A stretch of 64,000 nucleotides of DNA from an uncultured Actinomycetes bacterium (GCA_963725665.1 CAVRZA010000004.1:224001-288000), one strand, 5' to 3'. Shown: positions 19,432-30,923, counted from the first letter of the stretch. The notes: generated from the letters alone by a model not told the origin. Numbers and translations are program-made.

Positions 19432-20700
19432 CTACGAGAAGAGCGGCGAGGTGACGAGGATGGCGCTCATGCCGATCAGAACGACGGAGAACGTCCAGGC
19501 GATCGCGTTGCGCACCGGGCCGTTGACGTGCTCGCCCATGACGCGGGGATTGTTCACGATACGGAGCGTGAAGAGGAGGATCACCGGCAGGAGCACGCCG
19601 TTCAGCATCTGGGCGACCAGGATGACGCTGACGAGCGGCAGTCCCGGGATGATGGCGATCGCCGCCGGGACGAACATTAGGAACGTGATGATGCCGTTGA
19701 AGACGGGCGCCTCGCGGAACGAGCTGTCGAGGCCGCTCTCGAAGCCGAACGCCTCGCAGACGACGTAGGCGGTCGCCAGCGGCAGCACGCTGGCGGCGAG
19801 GACGGAGACGCTCAGCAGGCCGAGGCCGAACAGGTACGTGGCGGCAGCGCCGAGGAACGGCTGCAGCGCCAGCGCCGCGTCCTGAGCCGACGTGACGACG
19901 ATGCCCTCGGGGTAGAGCGTGGCGGCGCAGGCGACGACGATGAAAAAATCGATGGTCGTCATGAACACCGAACCGACGTAGATCTCGCGCCTCGTGTAGA
20001 CGTACTGCCTCAGCGACACCTTCTTGTCCACGACGGCCGCCTGGATGAAGAACTGCCCCCAAGGCGTGAGCGTCGTGCCCACCGCGGCGATGGCCGTAAA
20101 TAGCCACAGCGTGTTGAGCTGGACGCTGGGGACGAGGGCGCCGTGCGCCGCAGCCGACCAGTCCGGCTTGGCCATGATGCCCGCGACCACGTAGGTCACG
20201 AGGACGAAGCCCAGGGCCAGCAGGATGCGCTCCACCTTGCGATAGGAGCCGCGCGTCACGAGCAGCCAGATGGCGGCGGCGAGCAGGGGTACGGCGAGGT
20301 AGGAAGGCACGCCGAGGAGGTCGCTCGCGGCCGCGATGCCCGAGAACTCGGCCACCGTGGTGCCGAAGTTGGCGACCACAGTGACCAGGATGGCGAGGGC
20401 GGTCACCTGGAGGCTGAAATTCTCGCGTATGAGGCCGGCCAGCCCGCGTCCGGTGACCACGCCGACGCGGGCGTTCATCTCCTGGACGACGGCGAGCACC
20501 GGCGTGATCAGCACGAGGATCCAGATCATGCTGTAGCCGTAGCGCGAGCCGATCACCGACCAGGTCGTGATGCCGCCGGCGTCGTTGCCGGCGTTGGCGG
20601 CGATCAATCCAGGCCCGACCATGCTCAGGATGACGAGCAGGCGGGTGCGGCCGATACGGCCGGCGAGGCGACGGCCTACAGTGCGCGGAGCCAGCACCAT
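19432..20700 (-). CDS. Nramp-related divalent metal (Mg-type NRMT) transporter, paralog A
   Basis: GPGLIAANAGNDAGGITT and GTTLTPWGQFF; GGAGG RBS before ATG at 20700. Confidence 0.9.
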   Translation of the reverse strand: MVLAPRTVGRRLAGRIGRTRLLVILSMVGPGLIAANAGNDAGGITTWSVIGSRYGYSMIWILVLITPVLAVVQEMNARVGVVTGRGLAGLIRENFSLQVTALAILVTVVANFGTTVAEFSGIAAASDLLGVPSYLAVPLLAAAIWLLVTRGSYRKVERILLALGFVLVTYVVAGIMAKPDWSAAAHGALVPSVQLNTLWLFTAIAAVGTTLTPWGQFFIQAAVVDKKVSLRQYVYTRREIYVGSVFMTTIDFFIVVACAATLYPEGIVVTSAQDAALALQPFLGAAATYLFGLGLLSVSVLAASVLPLATAYVVCEAFGFESGLDSSFREAPVFNGIITFLMFVPAAIAIIPGLPLVSVILVAQMLNGVLLPVILLFTLRIVNNPRVMGEHVNGPVRNAIAWTFSVVLIGMSAILVTSPLFS

Positions 20701-20710
20701 CGAGGCCTCC

Positions 20711-21952
20711 TCAAGGGAAGATCCTCGGCAGGCGCTTCTTCCAGGCCAGCGGCAGCACGAGGTCGATGGCATCGTCGACCGTGATGATGCCGTGCAGCAC
20801 ACCGTCGTCGTCGACGACCGGCAGGGCCAGGAGGTTGTACTTGGCGATGGCCCCCGTGACTTCTTCTTCGCTCGCCGTCGGGGGCACCGACACAGGGTTC
20901 GCTTTCATGAACTCGCGTACCTTGCGCTCCGGGGGCACCGTGATCAGGTCACGCAGGGAGAAGACGCCCAGGAGGCGCTCCGCCTTGTCGACCACGTAGA
21001 CGTAGTAGACGGTCTCGACCTCGGGCTCCTGCTCGCGCAGGCGCTCGATCGCCTCGCCCGCGGTGAGCTCCGGACCCACGAAGGCGAACTCCGTGGTCAT
21101 GATGCCGCCGGCCGAGTGCTCCGGGTAGGCGAGGAGCTCGCGGACGTCCTCGGCCTCGTCGGCGGCCATCATGGCTATCAGGCGCTCGGCGCGTTCCGGC
21201 GGCAGGTCGGCGAGCAGGTCTGCGGCGTCGTCGGGGTCCATGTTCGAGAGCAGGTCGCGCGCCTTCTCGTCGGGCAGCTCCTGGATCAGCGACGCCTGGA
21301 AGGAGGGGTGCATCTCCTCGACGGCGTCGGCGGCGACCTCGTCTTCGAGGGCGTCGAACACGGCGGCGCGCTCCTCGGGAGAGAGCTCGTGGGCGATGTC
21401 GGCGATGTCGGCGGGGTGCAGCAGCGAGAGGTCGGTGCGCGGCACCGTGAGCTTCACCGACTCCGCGTCGCTCAGCCGCGCGTCGACGTTGCGCCAGTCG
21501 ATGAGCGTCGGCTTGCTGGGTTTCGTTCGCCGGCTCGTCACCTTGGCGAGGCCGATGCGGCGCAGGATGGCGCCACTCGAGACGTCGACGGCCACCACGC
21601 GCAGCTCGCGACCGACGCGGGTGAGCTGGATGTCATTGACGCGGATGATCTTGTGCCCCTCGGTGTCGACGATCTGCTTGTCGAGCACCTGTCCGCTGAG
21701 CAGGATCTCGCCGGCCTCGAGGGGCCGGTCTTCGAGCTCGCGGGCCGGCACACGCAGCAGGGTGCCGGACTCCTCGAAGCTGCTCACGGCCGACCAGGGG
21801 ACGACGAGCTGACGGCGTCCCCGCTTGAGGACGAGGGCGCTGATCACGGGGTAGGGAGTGCGGACGGCGGCGACCAGGTCCTGCAGGCGCCCAGCGCTGC
21901 GGCCGGAGGCGTCGCGCACTGTCTGTCCGGTGAGCTTACTGAAGAAGAACAT
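20711..21952 (-). CDS. Soluble MgtE-like protein (PRC-barrel-like + MgtE N-domain + CBS pair, no TM domain)
   Basis: LHPADIADI, MDPDDAADLL, YPEHSAGGIMT, GIITVDDAID; ends right after the CBS pair with no hydrophobic helices. Confidence 0.88.
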   Translation of the reverse strand: MFFFSKLTGQTVRDASGRSAGRLQDLVAAVRTPYPVISALVLKRGRRQLVVPWSAVSSFEESGTLLRVPARELEDRPLEAGEILLSGQVLDKQIVDTEGHKIIRVNDIQLTRVGRELRVVAVDVSSGAILRRIGLAKVTSRRTKPSKPTLIDWRNVDARLSDAESVKLTVPRTDLSLLHPADIADIAHELSPEERAAVFDALEDEVAADAVEEMHPSFQASLIQELPDEKARDLLSNMDPDDAADLLADLPPERAERLIAMMAADEAEDVRELLAYPEHSAGGIMTTEFAFVGPELTAGEAIERLREQEPEVETVYYVYVVDKAERLLGVFSLRDLITVPPERKVREFMKANPVSVPPTASEEEVTGAIAKYNLLALPVVDDDGVLHGIITVDDAIDLVLPLAWKKRLPRIFP

Positions 21953-21999
21953 CGTCCACCCCCTTTCCGCGTCGTTCCTTCTCGGCGCTCAAGGCCACA

Positions 22000-22031
22000 A
22001 CGAAACGAGCCTCCCCGTGCAGGGAGGCTCA
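22000..22031 (-). terminator. Intrinsic terminator of the M-box expression platform
   Basis: Minus strand GAGCCTCCC-TGCACG-GGGAGGCTC followed by GTTTCGTT. Confidence 0.75.
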
Positions 22032-22067
22032 AGCTTCCGGCCTACAGCGGCCGCGCGGATGGGCGAA

Positions 22068-22230
22068 TCCTCACTCGTCCGAAAAGCTTTGGCACAGCAC
22101 AGCGTTGAGGGCTAGCCTCAGCCGTTTCGGGTAAGACCTTGGACCGGTAATACCTGTTCTACCCGTTGGCGTCTCTGGACGTTTCCGGGCAACGGCCTCT
22201 ATCTGTGCTGGAGCCTCACCTAACGAGGAA
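22068..22230 (-). ncRNA. M-box (ykoK) Mg2+ riboswitch
   Basis: Minus strand CTCGTTAGGTGAGGCTCC...GCCGTTGCCCGGAAACGTCCAGAGACGCCAACGGGTAGAACAGG...GTGCCAAAGC...GACGAG matches ykoK landmarks; lies upstream of Mg transport genes. Confidence 0.93.
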
Positions 22231-22486
22231 TCTCTTTGGTAACGCTCCCGAAACGTACGCCCCCGTCGCGGGTGGTGTCAAGGCGAGGGCGGGCCGGCGC
22301 CGGCGGGCGGAGGCACTGCGTAGGCGGCGTTTTCGGGCGACCGCGGCGGGGCGCCGGCAGCGAGGCTGCCAAAGGGGCCCCACCGCGGTCGCCGTCGCTG
22401 CTGTATACTATCCGCCGGTCCGGCCCGCCCTCGCCGCCGGACAGCGGCCCCGCCGCCAACCGTCGACCGGGAGCAGAGAGCCGGGC

Positions 22487-23446
22487 ATGATCATCACCGT
22501 CACGCCCAACGCGGCAATCGACAAGACGCTCACCGTCCCCAACTTCCACACCGGCTTCCGCCATCGCGCAAGCCAGAGTCTCACGTTACCGGGCGGCAAG
22601 GGCGTGAACATCGCCCGCGCGCTCAAGACCCTTGAGCAGCCGGTCATCGCCACTGGGCTCGTGGGCGGACGCACGGGGCAGCAGATCGTCGAAGGGCTGA
22701 CGCGCGAGGGCATCCTCAACGACTTCGTGCGCATCCAGGGGGAGTCACGCACCTCGACCGCGGTCATCGACCCGACCAACATGAGCCAGACCGAGATCAA
22801 CGAGTACGGCCCGGTGGTGACCGAGCAGGAGCGTCAGGCCTTTCTCGAGAAGGTCGACTACCTAGCGAAGGGGGCGCACTACGTCATCATCGCCGGCTCC
22901 CTGCCGCGCCGCCTGCCGGACGACTTCTACCAGCAAGTCCTGCAGACGGTGAAACGCCATCGCTGCCTCTCCGTGCTTGACAGCTCCGCCCAGCCCCTGC
23001 GGCTGGGAGTGCGCGGGCGCCCAGACTTCGTGTCGCCCAACGTGCGCGAGGCCGAGGACCTCGTGGGCCACGAGTTCCACGACGAGCAGGACGTGATCGA
23101 CGCCACCGGTATCATCCGGGAGATGGGTGCTCAGAACGTCATCATCACCATGCCCGACGGCTGTTTCGCGCGCGTCAAGCACGGCCGCCGCATCAGGGTC
23201 TTCCACGCCTCCATTCCCTTGATAGAGACGGTCGTGAGCACGGTCGGCTCCGGCGACGCCTTTCTCGCCGGCTTCATCGCCAGCCGCTTCCAGCGCACGG
23301 AAGTGCCCGACTGCCTGCGTTTCGGTCTCGCCTGCGGCGCCGCGAACACCCTGCGCTACGGAGCGGGCGTGTTCGACCCCAACGAGGTGGAGCGCCTCTA
23401 CAAGACGACCGAGGTGACCGAGGTCCACGCGGCCGCGCGCGACTGA
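22487..23446 (+). CDS. 1-phosphofructokinase family (PfkB) sugar kinase
   Basis: MIITVTPNAAIDKT, GGKGVNIAR, STVGSGDAFLAG. Confidence 0.9.
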   Translation: MIITVTPNAAIDKTLTVPNFHTGFRHRASQSLTLPGGKGVNIARALKTLEQPVIATGLVGGRTGQQIVEGLTREGILNDFVRIQGESRTSTAVIDPTNMSQTEINEYGPVVTEQERQAFLEKVDYLAKGAHYVIIAGSLPRRLPDDFYQQVLQTVKRHRCLSVLDSSAQPLRLGVRGRPDFVSPNVREAEDLVGHEFHDEQDVIDATGIIREMGAQNVIITMPDGCFARVKHGRRIRVFHASIPLIETVVSTVGSGDAFLAGFIASRFQRTEVPDCLRFGLACGAANTLRYGAGVFDPNEVERLYKTTEVTEVHAAARD

Positions 23447-23610
23447 TCGCCGGCCCGGCGGCGCGGTCCGCCGCCCCCGTGATCGACGCGCGGACACCGA
23501 CTGGTCGTCGCCGCGTCGCCACCAGCTTCCGCAGCTCCCCAACGTCACTTCTGCACGGCGGCGAAACGTAGACGGACTGAGGAACCGCCTCGTAGGGCAG
23601 ACAGACCTGA

Positions 23611-24564
23611 ATGAGACGCACGCTCCCCATTCTCGCCGTGGCCCTGGCCGCGGTCGCGGTGGCCGCAGTCGCATACGCTTCGCTGCGGTCGCCCAGCACG
23701 ACACACCCGCAGGCGGCCGCGACGCGGTCGACGGCCGCCTCTCCCACCGCTGCGGCTGCGTCCGGCATGCCGCACCTCGCGCACGTGTTCGTCATCGTGA
23801 TGGAGAACAAGTCCGCGAGTGAGATCGCCGGCAACTCATCGGCGCCCTTCATCAACGGGCTAATCGGGCGCTACGCCTATGCCGCCGACTACTCCGCCCT
23901 CACGCACCCCAGCCTGCCCAACTACATCGCTCTCACCAGCGGCTCGTTCCAGGGCATCACCGACGACCGCAACCCGCCCGGCGCCGGCTACGCGGTCGAC
24001 GCGGTCAACCTCGCCGACCGCATCGACGGCGCCGGCCTCACGTGGATGGCCTACGCCGAGAGCCTGCCGAGCGCCGGCTACGCCGACAACGCCGGTCAGT
24101 TCGCCACCAGGCACGAGCCGTTCCTCTACTACACGGACATCCTGGGGAACGACAGCCGCCGCATCTCCCACATCGTGCCCTTCACCCAGATGGCGACCGA
24201 CTTGCGCTCCGCGGCCACGACGCCGAGCTTCGCGTTCATCACTCCCAACGCGTGCAACGACATGCACGACTGCCCCGTGTCGGTCGGTGACGAGTGGCTC
24301 TCGAAAACGGTGGCGGTGATCCTGAGCAGCAAGGCCTTCACGAGCTCTCCTTCCCTGCTCGTGGTCACCTGGGACGAGGGCAGCGACTCCGACAACCACG
24401 TCGTTACGGTCCTCGCCGGCAACAGCGTCAAGCAGGGCTTCCGTTCGAGCCAGGCCTACGACCATTACTCGCTCCTGCACACGATCGAGGCGAGGCTCGG
24501 TCTGCAGCCCATGACGGCCAGCGACGGCAGCGCCGCCGTGATGAGCGAGTTCTTCCGGCGGTAG
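23611..24564 (+). CDS. Secreted phosphoesterase (acid phosphatase family)
   Basis: HVFVIVMENK, THPSLPNYIAL, NDMHDC, TWDEG, YDHYSLLHTIE. Confidence 0.88.
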   Translation: MRRTLPILAVALAAVAVAAVAYASLRSPSTTHPQAAATRSTAASPTAAAASGMPHLAHVFVIVMENKSASEIAGNSSAPFINGLIGRYAYAADYSALTHPSLPNYIALTSGSFQGITDDRNPPGAGYAVDAVNLADRIDGAGLTWMAYAESLPSAGYADNAGQFATRHEPFLYYTDILGNDSRRISHIVPFTQMATDLRSAATTPSFAFITPNACNDMHDCPVSVGDEWLSKTVAVILSSKAFTSSPSLLVVTWDEGSDSDNHVVTVLAGNSVKQGFRSSQAYDHYSLLHTIEARLGLQPMTASDGSAAVMSEFFRR

Positions 24565-24721
24565 AGCGAGCTCGCGCAGCACTTCTGCCCGTCGTCCCCG
24601 TCTGAATCGGCAGTCGCATTGGGGCACCCAAGCGAAGGGCGAACCGGGGGCGGGAGACGGAGCGGATCCCGGCGTCGCGCTAAGGCGAGCGTTGGGCGCC
24701 GCCTTCTGTCGCAGACTCGCG

Positions 24722-24751
24722 TTGACGCTCCCTTGCGGGCGGTGCTAGCAT
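24722..24751 (+). promoter_or_regulatory. Sigma70-type promoter of guaB-guaA
   Basis: TTGACG-N18-TAGCAT with an extended -10 TG. Confidence 0.6.
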
Positions 24752-24810
24752 CCGGCCCAAGTTGCGTGCGAGCAACCGCCACATCCGTTCCCACAGAGAG
24801 CGACCTCAGA

Positions 24811-24843
24811 GGCTCCGGCCCCCGTGTGCCGGGCCTTTTGTTT
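24811..24843 (+). terminator. Terminator-like hairpin in the guaB 5' leader
   Basis: GGCTCCGGC...GCCGGGCC followed by TTTTGTTT, between the promoter and the RBS. Confidence 0.55.
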
Positions 24844-24869
24844 ACCACCAGCCCAGGGCGTAGGAGGCA

Positions 24870-26030
24870 GTGATGGAGGTAGAGATCGGCCGCGGCAAGA
24901 AGGGCCGCCGGGCCTACGGCTTCGACGACATCGCGATCGTGCCCAGCAGGCGCACGCGCGACCCCGAAGACGTCGACATCACGTGGAAGCTTGGGCCGTA
25001 CACCTGCGAGCTTCCGTTGCTGGCCTCGGCCATGGACGGCGTCGTCGACCCTGAGATGGCTGTGCGCATTGGCCGGCTCGGCGGGCTCGCGGTGCTTAAC
25101 CTCGAAGGCGTGCAGACGCGTTACGAGAACGCCGCCGAGCAGCTCGACCGCATCGCCGCGCTGCCCAAGGAGTCGGCGACGCGCACGATGCAGGAGATCT
25201 ACCAGGAGCCGATCAAGGAAGAGCTTGTCGCGCGGCGCATCAAGGAGATCAAGGACGGCGGCGTCATTGCCGCTGCGTCACTCACGCCGCAGCGCGTGCG
25301 CCAGTATCACCAGGTCGCCCTCGACGCCGGCCTCGACGTCCTCGTCATCCAGGGCACAGTCATCTCGGCCGAGCACGTCTCCAGCAGGGTCGAGCCGCTC
25401 AACCTCAAGGAGTTCATCGGCCAGATCCCGGTGCCGGTCATCGTCGGCGGCGTGGCGTCGTACTCCACGGCCCTGCACCTCATGCGGACCGGCGCCGTGG
25501 GCGTGCTCGTCGGCGTCGGCCCCGGCCACGCCTGCACCACGCGCGGCGTGCTCGGCATCGGCGTGCCGCAGGCGACGGCGATCGCCGACGCCTCCGCCGC
25601 GCGCATCCAGCACCTGCTCGAGACCGGTACCTACTGCAACGTCATCGCCGACGGCGGCATGCGCACCGGCGGCGACATCGCCAAGGCCATCGCCCTGGGC
25701 GCCGACGCCGTCATGATCGGCTCGCCGCTGGCCGCGGCCTCCGAGGCGCCGGGCCGCGGCTACCACTGGGGCATGGCGACCTTCCATCCCGAGCTGCCGC
25801 GCGGCACGCGCGTCAAGGCCGGCGCAAAGGGCAGCATAGAGGAGATCCTGCTGGGCCCGGCGCACGAGAACGACGGCACCCTCAACCTGTTCGGTGCCCT
25901 GCGCACGTCGATGGCGACCTGCGGCTACGACACCATCCAGAACTTCCAGAAGGCCGAGGTCATGGTCGCGCCGGCGCTCATGACGGAGGGCAAGAAGCTG
26001 CAGAAGGAGCAGGACGTCGGCATGGGCTGA
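24870..26030 (+). CDS. guaB: GuaB3-family IMP dehydrogenase (no CBS domain)
   Basis: [16 protein letters not shown], catalytic loop [16 protein letters not shown]; adjacent to guaA. Confidence 0.93.
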   Translation: MMEVEIGRGKKGRRAYGFDDIAIVPSRRTRDPEDVDITWKLGPYTCELPLLASAMDGVVDPEMAVRIGRLGGLAVLNLEGVQTRYENAAEQLDRIAALPKESATRTMQEIYQEPIKEELVARRIKEIKDGGVIAAASLTPQRVRQYHQVALDAGLDVLVIQGTVISAEHVSSRVEPLNLKEFIGQIPVPVIVGGVASYSTALHLMRTGAVGVLVGVGPGHACTTRGVLGIGVPQATAIADASAARIQHLLETGTYCNVIADGGMRTGGDIAKAIALGADAVMIGSPLAAASEAPGRGYHWGMATFHPELPRGTRVKAGAKGSIEEILLGPAHENDGTLNLFGALRTSMATCGYDTIQNFQKAEVMVAPALMTEGKKLQKEQDVGMG

Positions 26031-26062
26031 AGGCCCCGTCGCCGAGGAGGAGAAGAGCACCG

Positions 26063-27664
<1,602 letters not shown>

Positions 27665-27725
27665 GGCCGCGCGTCGGCCGTCAGCGGCCGGCGGAGTCGC
27701 GGCGGTAGGCCGGGCTCCGAGGGTG

Positions 27726-29324
27726 TCAGCGCACGGTCACCGTGATGCGCGGGCTCCAGCCGCTGAGGTGCTTGGAATCGGCCCGCATGAGCATCTTGAG
27801 GTGGTAGGTCTCCCTCACCGGCGTCCCGAAGCGACGGGTCGAGAAGGTGGTGCCGTTCACGAGGGTGACGTAGCCGCCCTGAGAGATGCGGTGCCATGGC
27901 CCCCGCTTGTGATTGCCGGCGCGGTCGGTCCAGACCTCGACGACCCCGCGTGGCTTGGCCGGCGAGACCGATCCCGACACCCCGTAGACCTTACCCAGAG
28001 AGAGCTTGATGCTCGTGCTCGATACGCTCACCTTGTGGCGCACCCCTACGCGAACCTCCTGGCCGGTCGCCGCCGCCGCCCCGGCGAAGAGGAAGCGTAG
28101 GCGGTAGGTGGTGCTCGTGACGGGAGAGTCGCTGTAGCTCAGCGTGCTCGCCCCCGGGCTCCCGTACGCGACGGTCTGCCAGGCGGTCGCGCCGGCGGGT
28201 CGTGCCTGGATGAGCAGTACGCCGGGGGCCAGGATGCTGGTGCTGCCGCTCAGAGAGACCCTGGCGCCCGTCGTCACGATGGCCTTGAAGGTCGTGCCCG
28301 TGGCCGCTGGCTTGGCGGTAAGCGACAGGGTGAACGATCGCCCGGCACTGAGGCTGCGCTCGACCCGGCCGCCGACGGTGGTGGCGTAGCAGACGCCACC
28401 ACCGGCCGCGAGTGCGGTCACGTTGGACTTGCCGCCGCCGCTCTGCGTCGCCCAGGCGGTGCCGTCGGTGGCAATGCCCGCGAGCCACCCGTTGCCGCCG
28501 CCGGCCACGAGCCTGTCGGGGGCCGCGCGCTCGACGAGCGCCAGCGAGCTCATGCTGCCTCCGGCCGGTAGAGGAGGGTCAGGCAGGGCCGTCGCCGCCC
28601 CTGTTCCTTGCTTCGAGAAGACCTGATCCGCGGAGCAGTAGTAGACGATTCCCGCCGCCGACGCGGCTGGGAGGGCGACATCGACCAGGTTGCGGGTCGT
28701 CGCGGAGTCACGTGTCGCCCATGAGCCGGTCTGGTTCACCAAGAGGACACCCTGCGCTCCGACGGCCGCCGCGACGTCGCCGTCGGCCGATACGGCGACT
28801 GCGTTCAGGTCGGCTGTGGTCGGCGAGCTCTCGTGCTCCCAGGTGGCGCCGCCGTCGACCGTCTTGAGGAGGACCCCACCCGTGCCGACCGCGTAGCCCA
28901 CGGTGCCGCTCATCGCCACGTCACGAAGGCCGCCGGTCACGTCATCGGGCCGCGTCGCCGCGGTCCACGCGAACGTGTCGCGGTCGTCGGGCGCCCATAC
29001 GAGGATGGTCCCTGCAGGGCCCACGGCGACGCCGTGATCGGCGTCGGTGAACGCGACCCCGCTCAGGGTCGCGGAGGTGAGCCGGCCGGCGGAGATGTTG
29101 GTCCATGTCGCGCCGCCGTCGCCGCTGACGGCGACGGCAGCGCCTGCGCCGGCCACGACCAGTCCCGTGTCGCCGAACGTGCCGACGGCGTCGAGGCTCG
29201 TAGCTGCCTTCAACGGGTCCGGGAGGATCGACCAGCCGGGAAGTGCCGCAGCGACACCGGGCGCCAGGAGAAAGGCGAGCAACGTCAGCGCGACGGCAAG
29301 CGCGAGTGTCGGGCCGCGGCTCAT
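27726..29324 (-). CDS. Secreted YCF48/BNR-repeat beta-propeller protein with Ig-like C-terminal domains
   Basis: Signal peptide; SGDGGATW and TVDGGATW Asp-box repeats; AVG repeats; beta-rich C-terminus ending ITVTVR. Confidence 0.8.
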   Translation of the reverse strand: MSRGPTLALAVALTLLAFLLAPGVAAALPGWSILPDPLKAATSLDAVGTFGDTGLVVAGAGAAVAVSGDGGATWTNISAGRLTSATLSGVAFTDADHGVAVGPAGTILVWAPDDRDTFAWTAATRPDDVTGGLRDVAMSGTVGYAVGTGGVLLKTVDGGATWEHESSPTTADLNAVAVSADGDVAAAVGAQGVLLVNQTGSWATRDSATTRNLVDVALPAASAAGIVYYCSADQVFSKQGTGAATALPDPPLPAGGSMSSLALVERAAPDRLVAGGGNGWLAGIATDGTAWATQSGGGKSNVTALAAGGGVCYATTVGGRVERSLSAGRSFTLSLTAKPAATGTTFKAIVTTGARVSLSGSTSILAPGVLLIQARPAGATAWQTVAYGSPGASTLSYSDSPVTSTTYRLRFLFAGAAAATGQEVRVGVRHKVSVSSTSIKLSLGKVYGVSGSVSPAKPRGVVEVWTDRAGNHKRGPWHRISQGGYVTLVNGTTFSTRRFGTPVRETYHLKMLMRADSKHLSGWSPRITVTVR

Positions 29325-30226
29325 GGAGGCGGCGGTGTCCAGGCGGGCGCCGGCGGGGGCGGTGTGTAGGCCGGAGCCGGCGGCGTGCGCGTCGGCGCCG
29401 CCGCGTGCGACGCGGCCTTGGCGGCCAGGGCGGCCTGTATTCGCGCCAGCAGCTTGCGCGCGCCGGGGTAATGCCCGTCTTGGGCCAGGACGCGCTTCAC
29501 CGACGTCCGCGCGCTCTGCCAGTGTCTGGCGTCCGCCTGAGCGAGCGCTCGCGCGTAGACCGGCTTGAGCTGAACGCGCAGCACGGCCCGCCGGTGCAGC
29601 TTCTTCGCTCCGGGGAACCGCGGACTGACGGCGAGCAGGCGCTCAATGCGCTGGGCGGCGAGCTTCCAGTGACCCTGGCTGAAGGAGGCGCGCGCCTGCG
29701 CGAAGAGCAGTCCGGCCTGCTGCTTGGCCTTGATCAGCCGGAGGTCCTGGTCCGCGCTGGCCTTGGCGTTGAGGGCGGTCGCCTGGTCGGCGGTCTCCTG
29801 CGTCTGCTGGACCATCGACGCGGCCCGGCTCGAGAGCTCACGGGCCTCCTTGGAGAGCGAGGTGGAGTCGGCGTAGGGCAGAATGGCGAGGATCTTGGCG
29901 TCCGCCAGCTTGCGGGCGGCCTCGTCGTAGCGGCCAGCAGCCAGGGCCTGCTTGCCGGCCCCGTAGTTCGAGGCCGCCGAGACCACCGACCTGGCCGCGA
30001 AGGCCGCGGCCACAACGGCAACAACCACCACGATCAGGGTGACGAGGACGCCAGGCCGCGGCAGCCGCTTGTGCTGCCACGGGCTGTCTTCCCAGTCGTC
30101 GTCGGACGAGCGGTCCGCATCCGTCTTGAGCGTCAGGTGCCAGCGCTGGCGAAGCGGCGCCGCGAGCCGGTCGTCGACGCGATAGCGTGCATCGATGAGG
30201 CGATCTCTGAGATGGTCGTACCCCAT
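29321..30226 (-). CDS. Membrane-anchored TPR-like helical protein with Pro-rich tail
   Basis: AGGAG RBS before ATG at 30226; single TM; repeated ARxxxxxGHWxxA...PGAxKLL helices; stop overlaps the next ATG. Confidence 0.7.
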   Translation of the reverse strand: MGYDHLRDRLIDARYRVDDRLAAPLRQRWHLTLKTDADRSSDDDWEDSPWQHKRLPRPGVLVTLIVVVVAVVAAAFAARSVVSAASNYGAGKQALAAGRYDEAARKLADAKILAILPYADSTSLSKEARELSSRAASMVQQTQETADQATALNAKASADQDLRLIKAKQQAGLLFAQARASFSQGHWKLAAQRIERLLAVSPRFPGAKKLHRRAVLRVQLKPVYARALAQADARHWQSARTSVKRVLAQDGHYPGARKLLARIQAALAAKAASHAAAPTRTPPAPAYTPPPPAPAWTPPPP

Positions 30227-30420
30227 GCTCCTATGAAAGCCCCTGGCCGAGCCTGCGTCAATGCCGTTGGGAGGGCGCGGCCGCGCCGTGGCGGCGCGAG
30301 GTCGAGAAGCAAGCACGAGCAAGGGAGGCAAAAGGGGAGTGAGAACTGCGGTCCGCCCGCCGGAGCGGCGGATCGACGTGGCGGGCGGTCAGGGCGACCG
30401 CCCTTCTGGCCGTCGTGCGA

Positions 30421-30591
30421 CTAGCTGGCGGCGAGGCGCGGTTCTTCGTCCCTGACGGGCTGCGGCTCGGGAGCCATGACCACCAGGGTGGCGGCCGTGC
30501 CGCACTCACGGCAACGCACGACCATCGGCGCCAAGGCGAGGAACTCCTCGGAGAAGTAGGTCTCGCAATGGTCACAGTAGAACTCGGCTAT
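30421..30591 (-). CDS. Putative 56-aa zinc-ribbon protein with ATA start
   Basis: (M)AEFYCDHCETYFSEEFLALAPMVVRCRECGTAATLVVM...; GGGGGTGA SD 6 nt upstream; not in the ORF track. Confidence 0.55.
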   Translation of the reverse strand: MAEFYCDHCETYFSEEFLALAPMVVRCRECGTAATLVVMAPEPQPVRDEEPRLAAS

Positions 30592-30923
30592 CTCGTCTCA
30601 CCCCCTTCTCGCTTCTCGACGTCGCCGAGGACGCGGCGGCCGTAGTTGTAGGCCGAGAGTGTGAGCGTCACGGCCGGGTTACCCAGGTAGGAGATCTCGG
30701 CCGTGCCCACCTTCAGGAAGCGTCGCCTGGGCTGGCCACGCAGCACCTTCGGGGGGCGGTCGAGTGACACGACGCGTTCCTGGCCGCGGCGTTCGTCGCC
30801 GAGCCAGAAGAAGAGGCGGCTGGGGCGTAGGTCGACGCCGAAGAGGGAGCCGGCCTGAATGCTGAGCTGGCGCTCCCTGCCCTGTTCGACCAGGGCCGAC
30901 TTGGTCGTCTCAACCCGTGGCAT
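30588..30923 (-). CDS. Hypothetical protein (111 aa)
   Basis: MPRVETTKSALVEQGRERQLSIQAGSLFGVDLRPSRLFFWL...; overlaps the stop of the upstream gene; GC3-rich codons. Confidence 0.65.
   Translation of the reverse strand: MPRVETTKSALVEQGRERQLSIQAGSLFGVDLRPSRLFFWLGDERRGQERVVSLDRPPKVLRGQPRRRFLKVGTAEISYLGNPAVTLTLSAYNYGRRVLGDVEKREGGETR

Noticed and set aside
24600-24680. c-di-AMP riboswitch-like words (CTGAATC, GGGGCACCCA, GAACCGGGGG)
   Set aside because: The elements are in the wrong order, the 3' conserved GTCAGCTAAC block is missing, and the region lies upstream of the predicted promoter
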